From positions 12,710,001 to 12,774,000 of the forward strand of contig NC_087447.1 of assembly GCF_036321535.1 (NCBI RefSeq): 64,000 nt of DNA, written 5' to 3'. Of this stretch, positions 12,225 through 25,529 are shown piece after piece. The stretch comes from Camelus dromedarius. Taxonomy: Eukaryota. The translations under genes were made by a program, and so were the position numbers. Within the stretch, counting starts at the first letter, position 1. Each line of letters starts with the position of its first letter. Below the pieces are notes generated by a model, which did not search any database, was not told where the DNA came from, and saw only the letters and a list, made by a program, of their open reading frames with translations.

Positions 12225-13110
12225 CTTAAGTTGAGTTCACCCCAAAGGAGACACTGAGTCAATGATTTGTGTAAATGTGATTTATTAGGAATTGTACCCA
12301 AAATAGTTATTGGGATGAGAGGTGGGACCTAAAAAAAGAAGTAATCCAAGCCATGTTGTAGAGTCAACATCCTATGATAGAAATTTAGGTCAGATTCCAT
12401 GGAAGCGTTCTGGACAAAGGGTAAATCAAACTTCAGAATTGCTAAGAGTGAGCAAAGGAGATTGAGTATTTATAGCTGACTCTTATACAACTCCTAAACC
12501 ATAAATGTATGAGTTAATCTCTGTATAACTTAGAGTCAGTCCTCCGTATCAGCAGTTCCTCTGCATTCCCCAAATCAACCAACCACAGACCTTGTAGTAC
12601 TGCTGTATTTACTACTGAAAAATATCCATGTGTAAGTGAACCTGTGTAGTTCAAACCTGCATTGTTCAAGGGTCCACTGTATACTCCTGTGCACATATCA
12701 GTCATTGACTAAGGGCTGTCCCCCATGGGATGTAAATTTCCAGTGACTTCTGCCTGGCATACAGACATAACTGCTTCCTGAAGCGCTTTTCCAACAAAGA
12801 GTTGTAGGCACTGCTTCTTAAGAGGGGAAATGCACCAGGAGCTGTATACAAATATGGTATAGAGGTCTTCTGAGGCAGCAGTTATCAAAGTGCAGTGCTG
12901 GACAAGAAGCATCAAGAAAACTTGTTGGTCTGCCAACTTGGGAGCTTCTTGGGTGAAACCTAAAACTGGCCACCTGTACAAGAAGGGAAAGGAGAGACCA
13001 AAGGAACAGGCAGGTCATCCCAGATTGGTTGGTGGCAATTTTAATAAGCAAAGGAATGTGCATATGAGACTTGACTTCTGGTGGCCAAGAAATGAGTAGA
13101 TCTCTGCATC
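12225..13110. mobile_element. Old ERVL-type LTR remnant, interrupted by a Tigger element
   Basis: tgagttcaccccaaaggagacactgagtcaatgatttgtgtaaatgtgatttattagg resembles the LTR16/33 class. Boundaries approximate. Confidence 0.4.
12533..12679. mobile_element. Short TcMar-Tigger (Tigger2-like) DNA transposon
   Basis: Ends ...gttcaaacctgcattgttcaagggtccactg and is flanked by TA on both sides (12531-32, 12680-81). Confidence 0.75.
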
Positions 13111-13349
13111 TGCTCACCAGAATCTTAAAAGTTTATATAGAGGATTAACTTGGTTCTCTCATGTATAATGTCCAACAATATCTTACTCTCTCAAGGCTGC
13201 CTCCTTAACAATATCCCCCACTGTGGGAATGGTGGGCAGAACAATGTACACTCCAAGGATAGGGCATGGGGGATGGTGAGGACCCTCTGATTGCCCAGAT
13301 CCAGCTCAAAGGTCAACCTGTGTTCACATCCTCTCAATGACCTCCTCCA

Positions 13350-13470
13350 ACACTTGGGAACTGCAGTTAGCTGTTGGAAATGCAAATTCTTTGGCTCCAC
13401 ACCAGACCTACTGAATGATAAACTCTGGGAGTTTGACCCAGCCATGTCTGTTTTAACAATCCCTCCAGAT
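13350..13470. mobile_element. MER5-like hAT fragment
   Basis: gaaatgcaaattctttggctccacaccagacctactgaat...ctctggga. Confidence 0.65.
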
Positions 13471-13499
13471 AAATATACTAAATATTCCAATTTCAAGGC

Positions 13500-13960
13500 A
13501 GAAATATTCAGAGTTTATTAAAAAGGCAAAAATCCAACTATTGGCTTTATATGAAACATAACTGACACTCAGACATAAGTAAATTGAAAGTAAAAGATTG
13601 GAAAACTATTCTGTGCAATAATAACTGTTAAAGAGCTGGAATACTTATATTAAAGGAAGAAAAAATAGACTTTAAGAGAAGAAATGCTACCGGAATAAAG
13701 AAGGACATTTAATAATAATAGTAAAAAAAAAATCAGTAAATTTAGCAATTACAAATTTAGGAACAACTAACGTCATCCCCAAATGTATGAAATAAAAACT
13801 GACAGATGAGAAAACATAATTCAACTGAGGATTTAACAGCACTCTTAATAATTGATGGAACACCTAAAAGGAAGACCAACAAGTCTGTGGAAGACATGAG
13901 CAGCACCGTCCACCAGCTCAACCTGAATGAAATCTATACAATTATTAGGAAAAAATTGTT
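13500..13960 (+). mobile_element. Decayed L1 ORF2 endonuclease fragment
   Basis: A-rich; gaaagtaaaagattggaaaa, atagactttaag, aaagaaggacatt, ccaccagctcaacctgaatgaaatctata. Confidence 0.7.
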
Positions 13961-14184
13961 CAGGGCAGACTTTCTCAACCTTGGCACTATTACCATTTTG
14001 GACTGGATAATGTTTTGCGAGGGACTTTCCTGTGCACTGTGGGTTACATATGCATCCAGCTTCAACCGTCTAGGTAAAAAATGGTATCCCTTTACATCAT
14101 CCTGTCCTGGTGAAAATCAAGACTGTTTCCAGAAATTTCCAAATAAATCGTAAATCGTAAATCGTTCCACATTGAAACCACTGG
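13961..14184. mobile_element. MER20-like hAT transposon
   Basis: tttctcaaccttggcactattaccattttggactggataat...gaaaccactgg. Confidence 0.75.
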
Positions 14185-14586
14185 TTCACAACTGTCTTTT
14201 AGTATTTAACTGGGAATATACTATTAAAAAACTCTTCAAAATATATCATTAAAGCACTCTTACAATCTTAAACTTGGTGTTCAAGATGTCTCAGTTTTGT
14301 CTACTCTTGTCCAGTTCCTCATTGTATAGCTATCAGATGAGATGATGAATTTTTAAAACATACACATTTTTTTTAATTTGAGAAATGACATGACACAAAT
14401 TCTTATGGTAATTTCTACATATGAATTATAATTCTAAGTCAAACTCGATTGCTAAGAATTCAGAGAATGATTTTACTTCATAGTAAAGAAATTTTTATTG
14501 AAAACCAAAGAAGATCAAGATACTCTACTAGTTTTAATAATTAAGGGGAAAAATCATTAAAGAAAGCCCACTTTTGTTTAATTAAA

Positions 14587-15546
14587 TCATTTTTGAAATG
14601 TTATGAACACAAGAGTATGGTTTCTACTGATGATGACTTTTTTCAGGGCATTTTTCACGTCCTGATTCCTGAGGCTGTAGATCAAGGGGTTCAACATAGG
14701 AATGATCACTGTATAGAAGACAGAGGCCAGTTTATCTGTGTTGAGAGAATGGTGAGAGCTTGGCTGTAAGTACATGAAGATGAGGGTCCCATAGAATATG
14801 GTGACTGCCAGCATGTGGGAGCTACATGTGGAGAAGGCTTTGCGTCTCCCCTCAGCTGAGCGCATCCCCAGGATGGTGGAAATAATAAACAGGTAGGAGA
14901 CAAAGACAACCAGAACAGAGGAGATGAAAGTAACACCTGCACAGGCCAAAACCCACAGCTGTTTGGCGTGAGTGTCTGAGCACGTCAGCCTGAGGAGAGG
15001 CATGTCATCACAATAGAAATGGTTGATGGTGTTAGAGTGACAGTAAGAGAGGCGAAAGGTGAGGACGGTATGAAACAGTGCCATCAAAAAGCTATAGCTA
15101 TAGGGGAAAGTGACGAGCTGAATGCAGATTCCTGGGGACATCACAACCGTATAGAGGAGAGGGTTACAAATGGCCACGTATCTATCGTACGCCATGGAAG
15201 CCAGTAGCAGGCACTCTGATACCATGAAGGTGAGGAAACAGCCTAACTGAGCTGCACATGCATTGAAGGAGATCATGTTTTGGTGGTATAAGAAGTTCCC
15301 AAGCATCTTGGGTGTGATGACAGAAGCATAACAGAAATCAACAAAGGCCAGGTTGCTAAGAAAGAAGTACATTGGTGTGTGGAGTCTCGCATCCGTTCTA
15401 ATGACCAAGATCAGACCCAGGTTGCCTACTACTGTGAAGAGGTAGATGGATAAGAAGAGCACAAAGAGGGGCATCTTCAACTCCTGACGATCCGTGAGGC
15501 CCGCGAGAATGAACTTTGTCACCTGCGTGCAGTTGATCTGAGCCAT
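14587..15546 (-). CDS. Olfactory receptor, OR8U subfamily (copy 2), intact 319 aa
   Basis: Full 7TM ORF with [36 protein letters not shown]. Colinear paralog of 2525-3484. Acceptor AG at 15567-15566. Confidence 0.92.
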   Translation of the reverse strand: MAQINCTQVTKFILAGLTDRQELKMPLFVLFLSIYLFTVVGNLGLILVIRTDARLHTPMYFFLSNLAFVDFCYASVITPKMLGNFLYHQNMISFNACAAQLGCFLTFMVSECLLLASMAYDRYVAICNPLLYTVVMSPGICIQLVTFPYSYSFLMALFHTVLTFRLSYCHSNTINHFYCDDMPLLRLTCSDTHAKQLWVLACAGVTFISSVLVVFVSYLFIISTILGMRSAEGRRKAFSTCSSHMLAVTIFYGTLIFMYLQPSSHHSLNTDKLASVFYTVIIPMLNPLIYSLRNQDVKNALKKVIISRNHTLVFITFQK

Positions 15547-15617
15547 ATCTCTTCAAGGCAGCTGCCTGGGGAAGTAGAGAAAAGAGTTAAATTCAAGCTG
15601 TCCGTATATAAGTGGTG

Positions 15618-16010
15618 GTTTTTTTTTTTTAAAGCATTTTTTTTTATTGAGTAATAGTCATTTTACAATGCTGTGTCAAATTCCAGTGTAGAGCACAATT
15701 TTTCAGTTATACATGAACATACATATTTTCATTGTCACATTTTGTTTTTCCGCTGTGAGTTACCACAAGATCCTGTATATATTTTCCTGTGCTATACAGT
15801 ATAGTCTTATTTATCTATTCTACATTTTAAAATCCCAGTCTGGCCCTTCCCACCCTCTGCCCCCTTGGCAACCACAAGTTTGTATTCTATGTCTATGAGT
15901 CTGTTTCTGTTTTGTATTTATGTTTTTTCTTTTTTTTTTTTTCAGATTCCACATATGAGTGATCTCATATGGTATTTTTCTTTCTCTTTCTGGCTTACTT
16001 CACTTAGAAT
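15618..16010 (-). mobile_element. Young 5'-truncated L1 (3' UTR plus poly(A))
   Basis: Poly(T) at left, L1 3' UTR sequence, and an imperfect TSD at(a/g)taagtggtg at 15606-15617 and 16011-16022. Confidence 0.85.
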
Positions 16011-18079
16011 ATGTAAGTGGTGTTTTTAATCCTTTAATATCTTGCAAAGAGATTTGATGCTAATATAGAGATTGTTAACATAAGGGGTTCTGGGAACGGA
16101 ATGGAGAGCACAAGGATGTAACATGTGGGAAATGCACATTTCTCTTCTCCCAAATCCATTGTCTACTCAAAGATGGGAGCTGTGGAACTGTCTGCATTTA
16201 CAACTTTAACCTGACTTACTAAAATGCTTAGCTATTGCTTTCATTGTAAAAAATGTTAACATTAATAACATAAAGGAAAACAAATCTTCTGCAGTGGCAC
16301 CTGCCTTTGATGGATCCTTTCTGCAGTGGCAGAAACACCATTTTATATTTTTTATTTTACTTTAATAATTTACCACTTAAAGGTCTTTACAGAGTGAAAA
16401 GTATCTTCATAGTTATGTTAACAATGCAAATGCTGAAAAGGGGTAAGCATGGAAGGTAAAATGAGGAGTTTATTTACTCCATTTTTTTTTAAACTAAACC
16501 TTTATGTGAAGACCATATTGCTTTGAGCACTTTACAGATGAAGAGGAGATTGAAACAGAAACACCCAAAATGAAGTCAGAAAGCTGGTCTGAGTACAGTT
16601 AGTTGGGTTACAAATCCACGCATTTCTGACTCAGGAGTCCACACCTCATTATTACGCTGTCCCTATAGTGTATCTTTTTTGTTCTATTGTGAGAAACTTA
16701 AATTATTTTCATATTTTTCTTGCTACAATAATCCACAAACATCTTTATCTCTAGAGCATGAATTACATGATCAAAGGAAATAAAACCTGATAAAATTTTA
16801 CAGTATGTTGTAATGTCATAATTTAGAATAATATTGATATTCTGTTTCCATGCGATTTGGAAATGTACATCTCTTCATGAGTCAATTTACAAGTCTCTTT
16901 CAACTTTTTTACCTGTAATCAAAGAGACAGATTTGAATTATATTTTGATGATAATTTTTGTCTTCCTAGTTTAAGTTGAAAATCTATTTATTTTTCTTAT
17001 TTATTTTGACTGGTTTTCATGACTGAATTATTGAATATCCATGTAAAATTAATTTTAACAAAGTGTAAAAATTGTAGAGCTAGGTTCTTACTACTATGTC
17101 AAATGAAATCTCTCTCTCTCACTCCTTTATCTTCTCTCTCTCTGTCTTTCACTCTCTTCCTTTCTATGTTTTTGTTTCATCTCTCTCTCACTCTTATACC
17201 TGAAAAATAGAAACAAAGCTTTCTTGAGAAACTCATATGAATTGTTTTATACGGTCTAAAAATTACATCAGAAATAAATATGGTAATAAAATAAGAGCTG
17301 GTATTCAAATTTTCTTCAGAATTTACCAATTGCTCTTTTGTATTTGCAACTTTTATTCAAATTATCAAAACACGCATTATAGTTTTTTTGTTTTTTTAAT
17401 AAATATGTTTATTGAGAAACACTATTAGTAATAACCTTCAACACATACTTCTTCACCTAATTTTATCCTGAATAAGTTGTTTTTCCCCTTCTGAAACTCT
17501 AATAAAGATGGAGGTTTAATGGGTAATACCAACAACACGGAGATTTGAGATAAGAACTAGTAACTCATCAGTTCTAAATACCTAATTTGCATTTAAAATA
17601 AAAGTCAAATTTGATTTTTTAAAAAGGGAAGTGAGAGAGAGAGATAAAATAAAAATTTTATGGGGAGGCTCAGACCAAGACCCTTCTTAGACTACTAGCT
17701 TTCAAACTCAAACCTTCTGACCACAAACCACAGAAATAAATACCAGTTACATGATGGTCTGGAGCAAATAATATCCAGAATAACACTCTTATTGCCTGGT
17801 ATGCACTTAGCTTGAATGTTCTTCTGTGTTCTACTGTCATATGTTCTGTTTTACTTTAGTCAAATAATTTTGGCTTAGATTCTAAAAACTGAGTTCATCA
17901 TATAGTAGCAGGTACAAGCAGAGTTTCAAAAACTACACTCTAGTCCACCACACACCATCATGATTTTCACAAAAGTAGATAAGCAACTTTTCCATAAACA
18001 CCTCCCACTCTGATCTACAATCGAGACTGTGCATCCTTAACATTTGATTGTGTCTAACTGCTACTTCCTTGGGAGCCTA

Positions 18080-19400
18080 CTTCAATTCACTCATTCCCTC
18101 ATTCAGTAATGTATGTTGAGAACTATTAATTTCCAGACACTATGCAGAGTCTGAAAAAAGAGCAGTGAAAGAGCGGACAACAGACTAGATTGGAAAGAAA
18201 GCTTTATCCACCTTCTCTTGAATTCTCGCTGTCTTTTTCTCTCAGCCATTTTTCTGCACTTCCAAAACACATTTCACTCACATTTGTACATAGAAATCAT
18301 TTTACTATATATTAAAAATAAGGTGTGAATTATATTTAAAAGCATATGTAACTTTTCACAATCTTGTCCTTGAATATTTTTATAGTTCCAATTCCATTCA
18401 ACTCTCCCAACCAGCAATGGATATCCATTGGTTAATTAATATAATTGGTCTCTTCTTGTCAACAACACCCTTCCATGCTTCTCCTCTGTCTGTGCCATGC
18501 CTAGTCCTCTCCTCTACAAGAAAAATGAATAGTTAAAGGGAAAACTATTTCTCCTTTAAGGTCTGTTGAATTATCACCTCTTCTTTGAAGTTACTCCCCA
18601 AGTTGAGTTAACATATATCATATTTGTGTTCTAGAATCACTTTAGACATACCTCATTTATATTTCCTCTCACATTTATAACAATCATCTGTTTCCATGCC
18701 TCTTCCCCCAATAGACATTAAACACTTTATGGTTGACTACCTCACTGCTTTTGTTTTTGTTTTTAATATTTAATAAAGTATCTTCTAAATGTTAGGAAAT
18801 GGGGAAATAAAGATTAATTTTGGATTAATTAATTTAAGATTAATACTGAAATTATAATATTTGACTATTTCTTCCTCTTATTCCTAAGCTGTATTCTTTG
18901 CTTTGGAAGATACCTCTAGGAACAAAGTGATGCCCTTTGTCTAAAATACTCCCCTCTAAGCCTGAGTAAAATCTTATCTACTGTAAATATAGAAAGCACA
19001 GTTTTGACATAGATTGTAATCTGATCAATCACAACCATTTTTTTTTTAATTTTATCATAAGATTCTAAACTGGAATTTTTATGTTTTTTAATTTTAAACA
19101 TATATATAAAAGAGTAATGTAAGTCATTATATAAATTTTCCATTTGAATGCATTAAAACATGTTGATCAGTTGCCTATTATGTATTAAGTATCTTTCTGG
19201 GTTTTGAGATGACAACAAATAAAGGTCAAAGCTCAGCCATCAGAAGCTTAGCATGTAAAGAGAGGAATCAAGCAGATTTAGACTAGTGAGTTACAATAAT
19301 CTGATAGAGTTAAAAGCCGGGTATCAAAAAAACATGAAAGGAGTTCTTGGAACTAGAAGACTTTGAGGAGGGAGAGGTTACAGAAAGATTTCCTTGGGTA
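18080..19400. mobile_element. Several L2 fragments (~18080-18180, ~18480-18790, ~19150-19400)
   Basis: tcactcattccctcattcagtaatgtatgttgag, and ttgcctattatgtattaag...ttttgagatgacaac. Degenerate. Confidence 0.5.
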
Positions 19401-19539
19401 AGCATTATCAAAACTACGTGGAAAGATTTAAGACAAAGAAAGTTTTAAGCAGATACTATGCAAAAACCTAGAGTAAAGTACATATATAATTTCTACAAAT
19501 TCTAAATAAATGACTACATCATACTTGTTCAACCTTACC

Positions 19540-19630
19540 TTCTAGACCTGGTTCTGACTTTCATTAGATACATGAGCTTGGGAAATTCACTTGAACATTC
19601 TGAAGCTCAGTTTATTCATCTGTATTTATA
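19540..19630 (-). mobile_element. MIR fragment
   Basis: ctgggttctg-like start and ttgggaaattcacttgaacattctgaagctcagtttattcatctgta. Confidence 0.6.
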
Positions 19631-19918
19631 TTTTAAAAAGCCATTCGACTGGATTAGCTCTTCTTTCCCTTCTAGTCCTTTAGTTGGTTTTGTTCACATC
19701 AAACCTGGATGCTCTTGAAACTTTCACCAAAACTAATATAAAATCAGACAAAAAACACTGTTTATTTTACAAAACATACTCCAAACATTTTTTTTTATTC
19801 TAGTCCATTGTATTATTTTCTTTAATTTTTCAAATTCTTATCTTGAGCTATTGTAGTGATGATTTTACACCTCAGTGAGTCAAAGCTCACCATTCTGAAA
19901 TACACTCTTCTAACCTAC

Positions 19919-20100
19919 CTGGGGAAGAGTAGGTTACTATTTCTCCTGCTAATCGTTTAGATGGCAGTTGATTGCATGGTTTTGCCAGTGTCTCTGTCCC
20001 AGTGGATTTTACCTCAGAGCATGATGCGAGGAAGATTATCAGAAAAATTACGGTCCATGTTCCACTGGGATGCCAAGGCAGGCTGAAGATTTATTGATGT
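19919..20100 (-). promoter_or_regulatory. Candidate promoter/first non-coding exon of OR8U copy 2
   Basis: Homologous to 8050-8225. Contains donor CAG|GTAGGT (exon end 19919) and O/E-like TTCCACTGGGAT at 20060-20071. Confidence 0.5.
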
Positions 20101-20837
20101 GATTCCCTATCTTTGAAGAACTGAGTATCTATAGCTCTGCTTTTAGTATAGTATTATTGCTCTAAGATTCTCTTCTCCAAATGTTATCATTAGTTTATCT
20201 TTAAAATGATTTTTGTCATTGGAGTTTATTAGCATCAGTCTTCGAGTTTGGCTTTTAAATCAGGTAGGAATATTCATTTAAAACTTCTTACAAATAACTT
20301 CTTATGAAATATGTATCCAGTTCCTCCAAGGATCTACCCTTCAATACTGCATGCACAAGACATTTAGTAAAAGCTCTGGGCATTAGTGTACATCATAATC
20401 GCTCTGACCTGTATGATGAATAAGGAGTACATTGTCCATGTAATGTGTGGGCAAAGAAGGGAAGAGTTGTGTGTTTTATATACTGGTTATGAATGTAGAA
20501 ATTTCCCCTTCATTTTCTATTAAATAAATATTTAACTATAAAAAACTAGACTGCACTATAATAAAGAGGAGGTAAAATTTGTATTTCTTTTTCATGTTGT
20601 ATAAACAGGGCACTTTAACTCAAAGACAAAAATATAGAAATCACTTTTGATTACCAGTGTAAGAGGGTACTCCTCATTTCCTTTAACAAATACTATTTTT
20701 ACAAGATTACCCTTTTCTGTTTACAAATGAATGGTGTCTACACACTTATAGCTATAGTAAATTCACAGTGCAGTTACTATAGGCATTTTCTTTCTTTCTT
20801 TCTTTCTTTCTTTTTTTTTTTTTTTTGATGTGACATC

Positions 20838-21324
20838 TGTGAATGAAAAATACTGCAAGCCGTATTAGTAAATAAAGGATGCTGTGGCCATCAAGTCATC
20901 AGCCTCTACCACTAACTCAGTATACGAACAATCAGGCAGCCTGGCCTCTGCAACCACCCCCGACTGAGGGGACTCAGAATGTGAATGGCCAGGATACAGG
21001 CCCTAGAGAGCTAGATGCTTGTCAAAGGAATAACTTCAATGAGCAGAGACACTTGTTCCCTTCCATACATAGAAAAGCACTAAAATCTTTAACTTGTGAT
21101 GTCTGGCTTTCTTTAGTTAACAGTCATATTTTAATGTTCCAACTACCTGGTCTTTGCTGTAAAACTCCTATATATCCTGGCTCCTCTCCTACCTCTTCGG
21201 AGCAGTCCCTCAGAGCCATCTGAGAGGCTGTCATCTGGGCTCAAAGGGGTTCAAGTCCTCAGAAATGTCCACCGAGTAAACCATAACTCTCAACTTTTAG
21301 GTTGTGCATTTATTTCAGTTGACA
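20838..21324 (+). mobile_element. Solo LTR, ERV1-like
   Basis: TGTGAATG...GTTGACA termini with near-TSD CATC/TATC. TATA-like ctatatatcc ~21170. Confidence 0.8.
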
Positions 21325-22712
21325 TATCTTTTTAAAAAAATGAATGATAAATGGAAGGAATTGAAGAAACACAAGCATTGTGATCTACCGGAGAGGGGGC
21401 TATAAAACAGATAGGACTGGGGACTATTTACTCAATAGTTTTATAAAGAAACTTCTGAGGATTAAGAAAAATATTCAGAAATTTCCTTCCAAATGAAGCT
21501 GTATTCATAGCACTACTAGTATGCACAACTTGAAATTAAAAAAAAAAAAAAAAGACACGAGGCACTTTATCATGAAACACTGAGTGTTTTAATTTTCACT
21601 ATTTGAGAGTCCAAATGAAACCAAGTATTTTCTGGGATATTGTTTGTGTACCAGTTACATGACTAGTCTAGAGGTCTAAGGGTTTTTAGTAAATTAATTT
21701 CAAAAAAGGCTTATTGTTCTTCTTCACTGGAAATGTCCAGAATGGTTATATGCATGATATAAATAGTACCCCATTAATTTATTATCATACTGGCTAACTC
21801 AATTCTGATTTGATAAATCTGAGATATAGTGTGTTTAACTCTATTTATTCAGTTGTACAATAGATGTTGGTGTACACTCAAAAACTAACAGAAAACAGAA
21901 AAAAATTTTACAAAAACAGTTCAATTTTTCCTCTAATAATGTAAAGAATTTTCACAAGAATGACTCATTGAACACTTAATAATAAAAATACAGTCTGTTT
22001 ATTACACATACTACAGAAGACTGATTCTTATAGTAGGGAGAAAGGAATTATTACAGATTCTACCAAGTCTAATCAAATAGTACTCAGCACGAAAGCATAT
22101 TCAATGATGGTATTCTTTATTTTTCATTAAGAAATTGTATAGATTATAACAATTGGAATAAAAAAATTGAATCATATTTGATTAGCATTCAAAATATAAA
22201 TTTATCGGAAGTGTATATTTTTTCATTCAAACAATACTAAGAAAGATTTAGGGGGTTTTATTTTAAACAACTTGTCAGTTTAATTTTGCTAACTCAGCTG
22301 TGAGAGGGTTTTAGCCATCTGTAATTCTAGTTCCTCAAGATGCCATGATCAACTATACCCAAAAATACCCAGGAAGGAAAAAAGGGAGCCAAAGAATAAG
22401 AAAGAGAGACTTACTTTTCTCGATCACTAATTTGTTGCTCCATTTTAACTTACTTTTTTTAAGCTGGTGTCTCTCCAAACTTCTGGAAATAATTCTTTCA
22501 ATCTAGCTAACTGCACACTCCATGAGAAAATGAGTAAATAATGCTTTGTTTCTGTATCAACCTCATAATTCCAAGAGCTTCAGTTTATTTTTTAAATTAG
22601 CGCCTCCCAAATCTTAGCCCCTTTTAATTGCCAAGATTGCTTGCAAACCTATAAATCAGCTTCCTAAACTTAGCTTTCTCTGACATAATGACAGCCTAAC
22701 TTAACCATCTCT

Positions 22713-23681
22713 TCATTTACCTATAGTGCTAAGATGACATTTACTTAAAGAACAGCATGAATTTGTCAGAAATCTCTTTAAGGCAGCCTTCACATCCTTG
22801 CTTCTCAGGCTGTAGATCATGGGATTCAGCATGGGAATCACCAGGGTATAAAACACAGAAGCCATCTTATCAGTGTCCATAGAATGGTTAGTTTGAGGCT
22901 GTAAATACATGAATAGCATCGTCCCATAGAAAACTGACACGGCCACCACATGTGAAGCACACGTGGAAAAGGCTTTCTTCCTTCCCTCTGTTGAATGTAT
23001 CCTTAGGATGGACAAAACGATGTTGAAATAAGATATGATAGCCATAATCATGGAAAAAACCAAATTGGTCGAAGCAGATATAAATACCACTGTTTCTGCA
23101 AAGTAAGTATCAGAGCAAGATAATGCTAACAGAGGGGCAATATCACAGAGAAAATGATTGATTACATTGGAAGAGCAATAAGACACAGAGAATACACAGG
23201 ATGAAGCTACAACAGCAGTGGAGAAGCTGTAGAGGTACGAGAGGGAACCCAGCAGAAGGCAGACCCGCCGAGATACCACCACCACGTAGGGCAGGGGGTT
23301 ACAAATGGCCATGCAGCGATCATAGGCCATCACAGCCAACATGAAAACCTCAGCTACAGTGAAAACCAGGAACCCTCCCAGCTGGGTGGCTCATTCATAG
23401 TAAGAGGTGGTGCGTTTCTTTACTAAAAAATTGATCGGCATCTTAGGGGCAATGACTGTAGAATTCCCAAGGTTGATGGTGGCCCGCTGTCGGAGGAAGA
23501 AATACATGGGGGTCTGAAGTCGAGAGTCAACACTGGTGAGAGTGATGATGGTCAGGTTCCCTGCCACGGTCAGCCCGTAGACACCCAGGAACACAGAGAA
23601 GAGTGGGATCTGGAGGTCTGGACGGTCTGAGATTCCCGTGAGAATAAACTCAGTGACTTGGCTGAAATTCCTAGGAGCCAT
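22713..23681 (-). pseudogene. OR8J-like (OR8J3-like) receptor with one in-frame nonsense codon
   Basis: ORFs 23391-23681 and 22713-23342 are in the same frame. The TGA at 23391-23393 replaces the conserved TM3 Cys (YEC-ATQ becomes YE*-ATQ). Motif erosion: MAYDRC, HFLCD, YSLRSK. Confidence 0.9.
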
Positions 23682-24959
23682 GTAAGAGTTTGGAAAGTCA
23701 TGTCTTCAGGCAAGAAAAAGAGACACGGTTACAAACTTTAAGAATTATTTTCTAGGACTGTCATTGTGTGACAAAGGCAATTCCTTGGATGAGATTTTCT
23801 GGAATTATGTATTAATCTCAGTTATTAAACTCAAGGTTCTAGGTCTAGTAAATCAACTTTGCAATCATTTGGTAAAGAGGAAAAGCAAGTATGGAAAATT
23901 AAGTAGACGATTCAGAGTCATGCATATTTTGAGAATTTATTTCCCAAAAACCTTATAAAATAATGAATATCTTATTAGTTCACAAAAAGTACAAGTCATA
24001 TTTCATATTTTATGTCTCATGCATTGAGTATGAGAAAGGTTTGAGTAATTGCATGATTTCAAATAATTGAATGTCTCCTTGTGATTTCTTCGTGTGAAAT
24101 TCTTGCTTTTCCTGAAGAATGAATGATCTAGTCACTATCTTGCTCCTTTTTCTTTATTCAAATCCTTCTATAACTTTGAGGTACCTTGAACTTACACATT
24201 TTACCATCCAGATTCTCTGTTAACTCCTTTTGCTCATTTGTTAACTCAGATAAACATACATGGAGATGTGTCCTCATTTCAGTTTTTTGGTTTGCTGATT
24301 CTCTGTTTAGATTAAAAAGTTGGTATCTGTGAAAATGTGACCATTTTTGTGATTTTATCCACTATGCTGTATCAGATAATACATCATTTTCTTTTCTCTC
24401 ATAATTTTTTTCCTTCTTGTGCCTCAAGTTGATGTCATTCTTCATATTCTTTCCATTTTTATTTTTAACCAGTAATTTAATTTGTAGAATTTTATAGCAT
24501 TACTTATATAATTTTTAAAATGTATATGGACTTAATTTTCCATTGATCTTTTTCTTCACATGATTTTACACTTTTTATATTTTTTACTGTAATAATAATA
24601 GGTTTCTTATTTTAATAAAGCTTCTATGATCCTCACATTACACATATTTGCCAAAAAATGAACATGCAATTATAATATGCATGAATATTTTCCTAGAGAT
24701 ATTTGTTTGAAGGATGATCACCTGCTCCTAACTACGCAAGTTAGAGCCCCTGCCCAGTTGTAATTGGTATTTCCAGTGATGGGCACCTGGCCCGGGGAAG
24801 TCCTGTCATAGTCTCTTACCTGTAAATTTGGAGTTATGTTCCAGAGTATTAACACTACATTGACATTTAGACCACAATTTAATGTAAGATGTAACCTTTA
24901 GCAAAAATTTAAGTGTATATATACACACACACATATATGCACAAATAATCATAATTGTA

Positions 24960-25140
24960 ATTATAAAGTGGGCAAGAGGAACCTTTTGAAAATGCTGGAT
25001 ATGTTTATGACATAGATTGTGGTAATGGTTTCACTGTTGTATATTATCTTCAAATTCATCAAGTTGTGTACATTAAAGAGGTACAGCATTTTGTATGTCA
25101 GTCGCATTCATCATACCTCAATAAATAGGTTTGAAAAAAG
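24960..25140 (+). mobile_element. Old L1M 3' end
   Basis: gattgtggtaatggtttcac...ttgtgtacattaaa...tacctcaataaa plus A tail. Confidence 0.7.
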
Positions 25141-25529
25141 ATATATATCATAAACGCCTGAACTGTAAAAGGTCAGAGCCTTTGAAATATTTTATCTCTT
25201 GAAAAAGAATAAAATTAAAAAAAAAAAGGAAAACTGTTCTCCAGTGAGGAAAGGGAATGAAGCAAGAATGCAAAAAGAATTGAAGCAATAAGACCGCAAT
25301 AACTCCTAACATTACTGAGCATTTGTTACTCGTCTGCTTCTGACAATAAACATTGTTCTTCCCCTTAATTTCTTTGAGTCATACTCTTACTCATTTATTT
25401 CCTACTCATGCCAAGGAATATTCAAGATTCAGTTAAATTACTTATCCCTCACCTCTGGATCTACAATTCCAATAGTAAGAAAGAGACAAAGGGCTGAAAC
25501 AAAACATAGGGACAAGATAATTGTAGATT

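Noticed and set aside
12709-13117. Three overlapping 69-99 aa ORFs
   Set aside because: They lie in an LTR-like remnant and have no recognisable protein motifs.
13806-14153. 115-aa ORF
   Set aside because: It is a chance read-through of decayed L1 endonuclease sequence into MER20.
20879-21223. 114-aa ORF
   Set aside because: It lies entirely inside a solo LTR.
23701-23703. Out-of-frame upstream ATG 20 nt before the OR8J-like start (ATG at 23701-23699)
   Set aside because: The gene is already disrupted and such uATGs are common in OR leaders, so no inference is possible.
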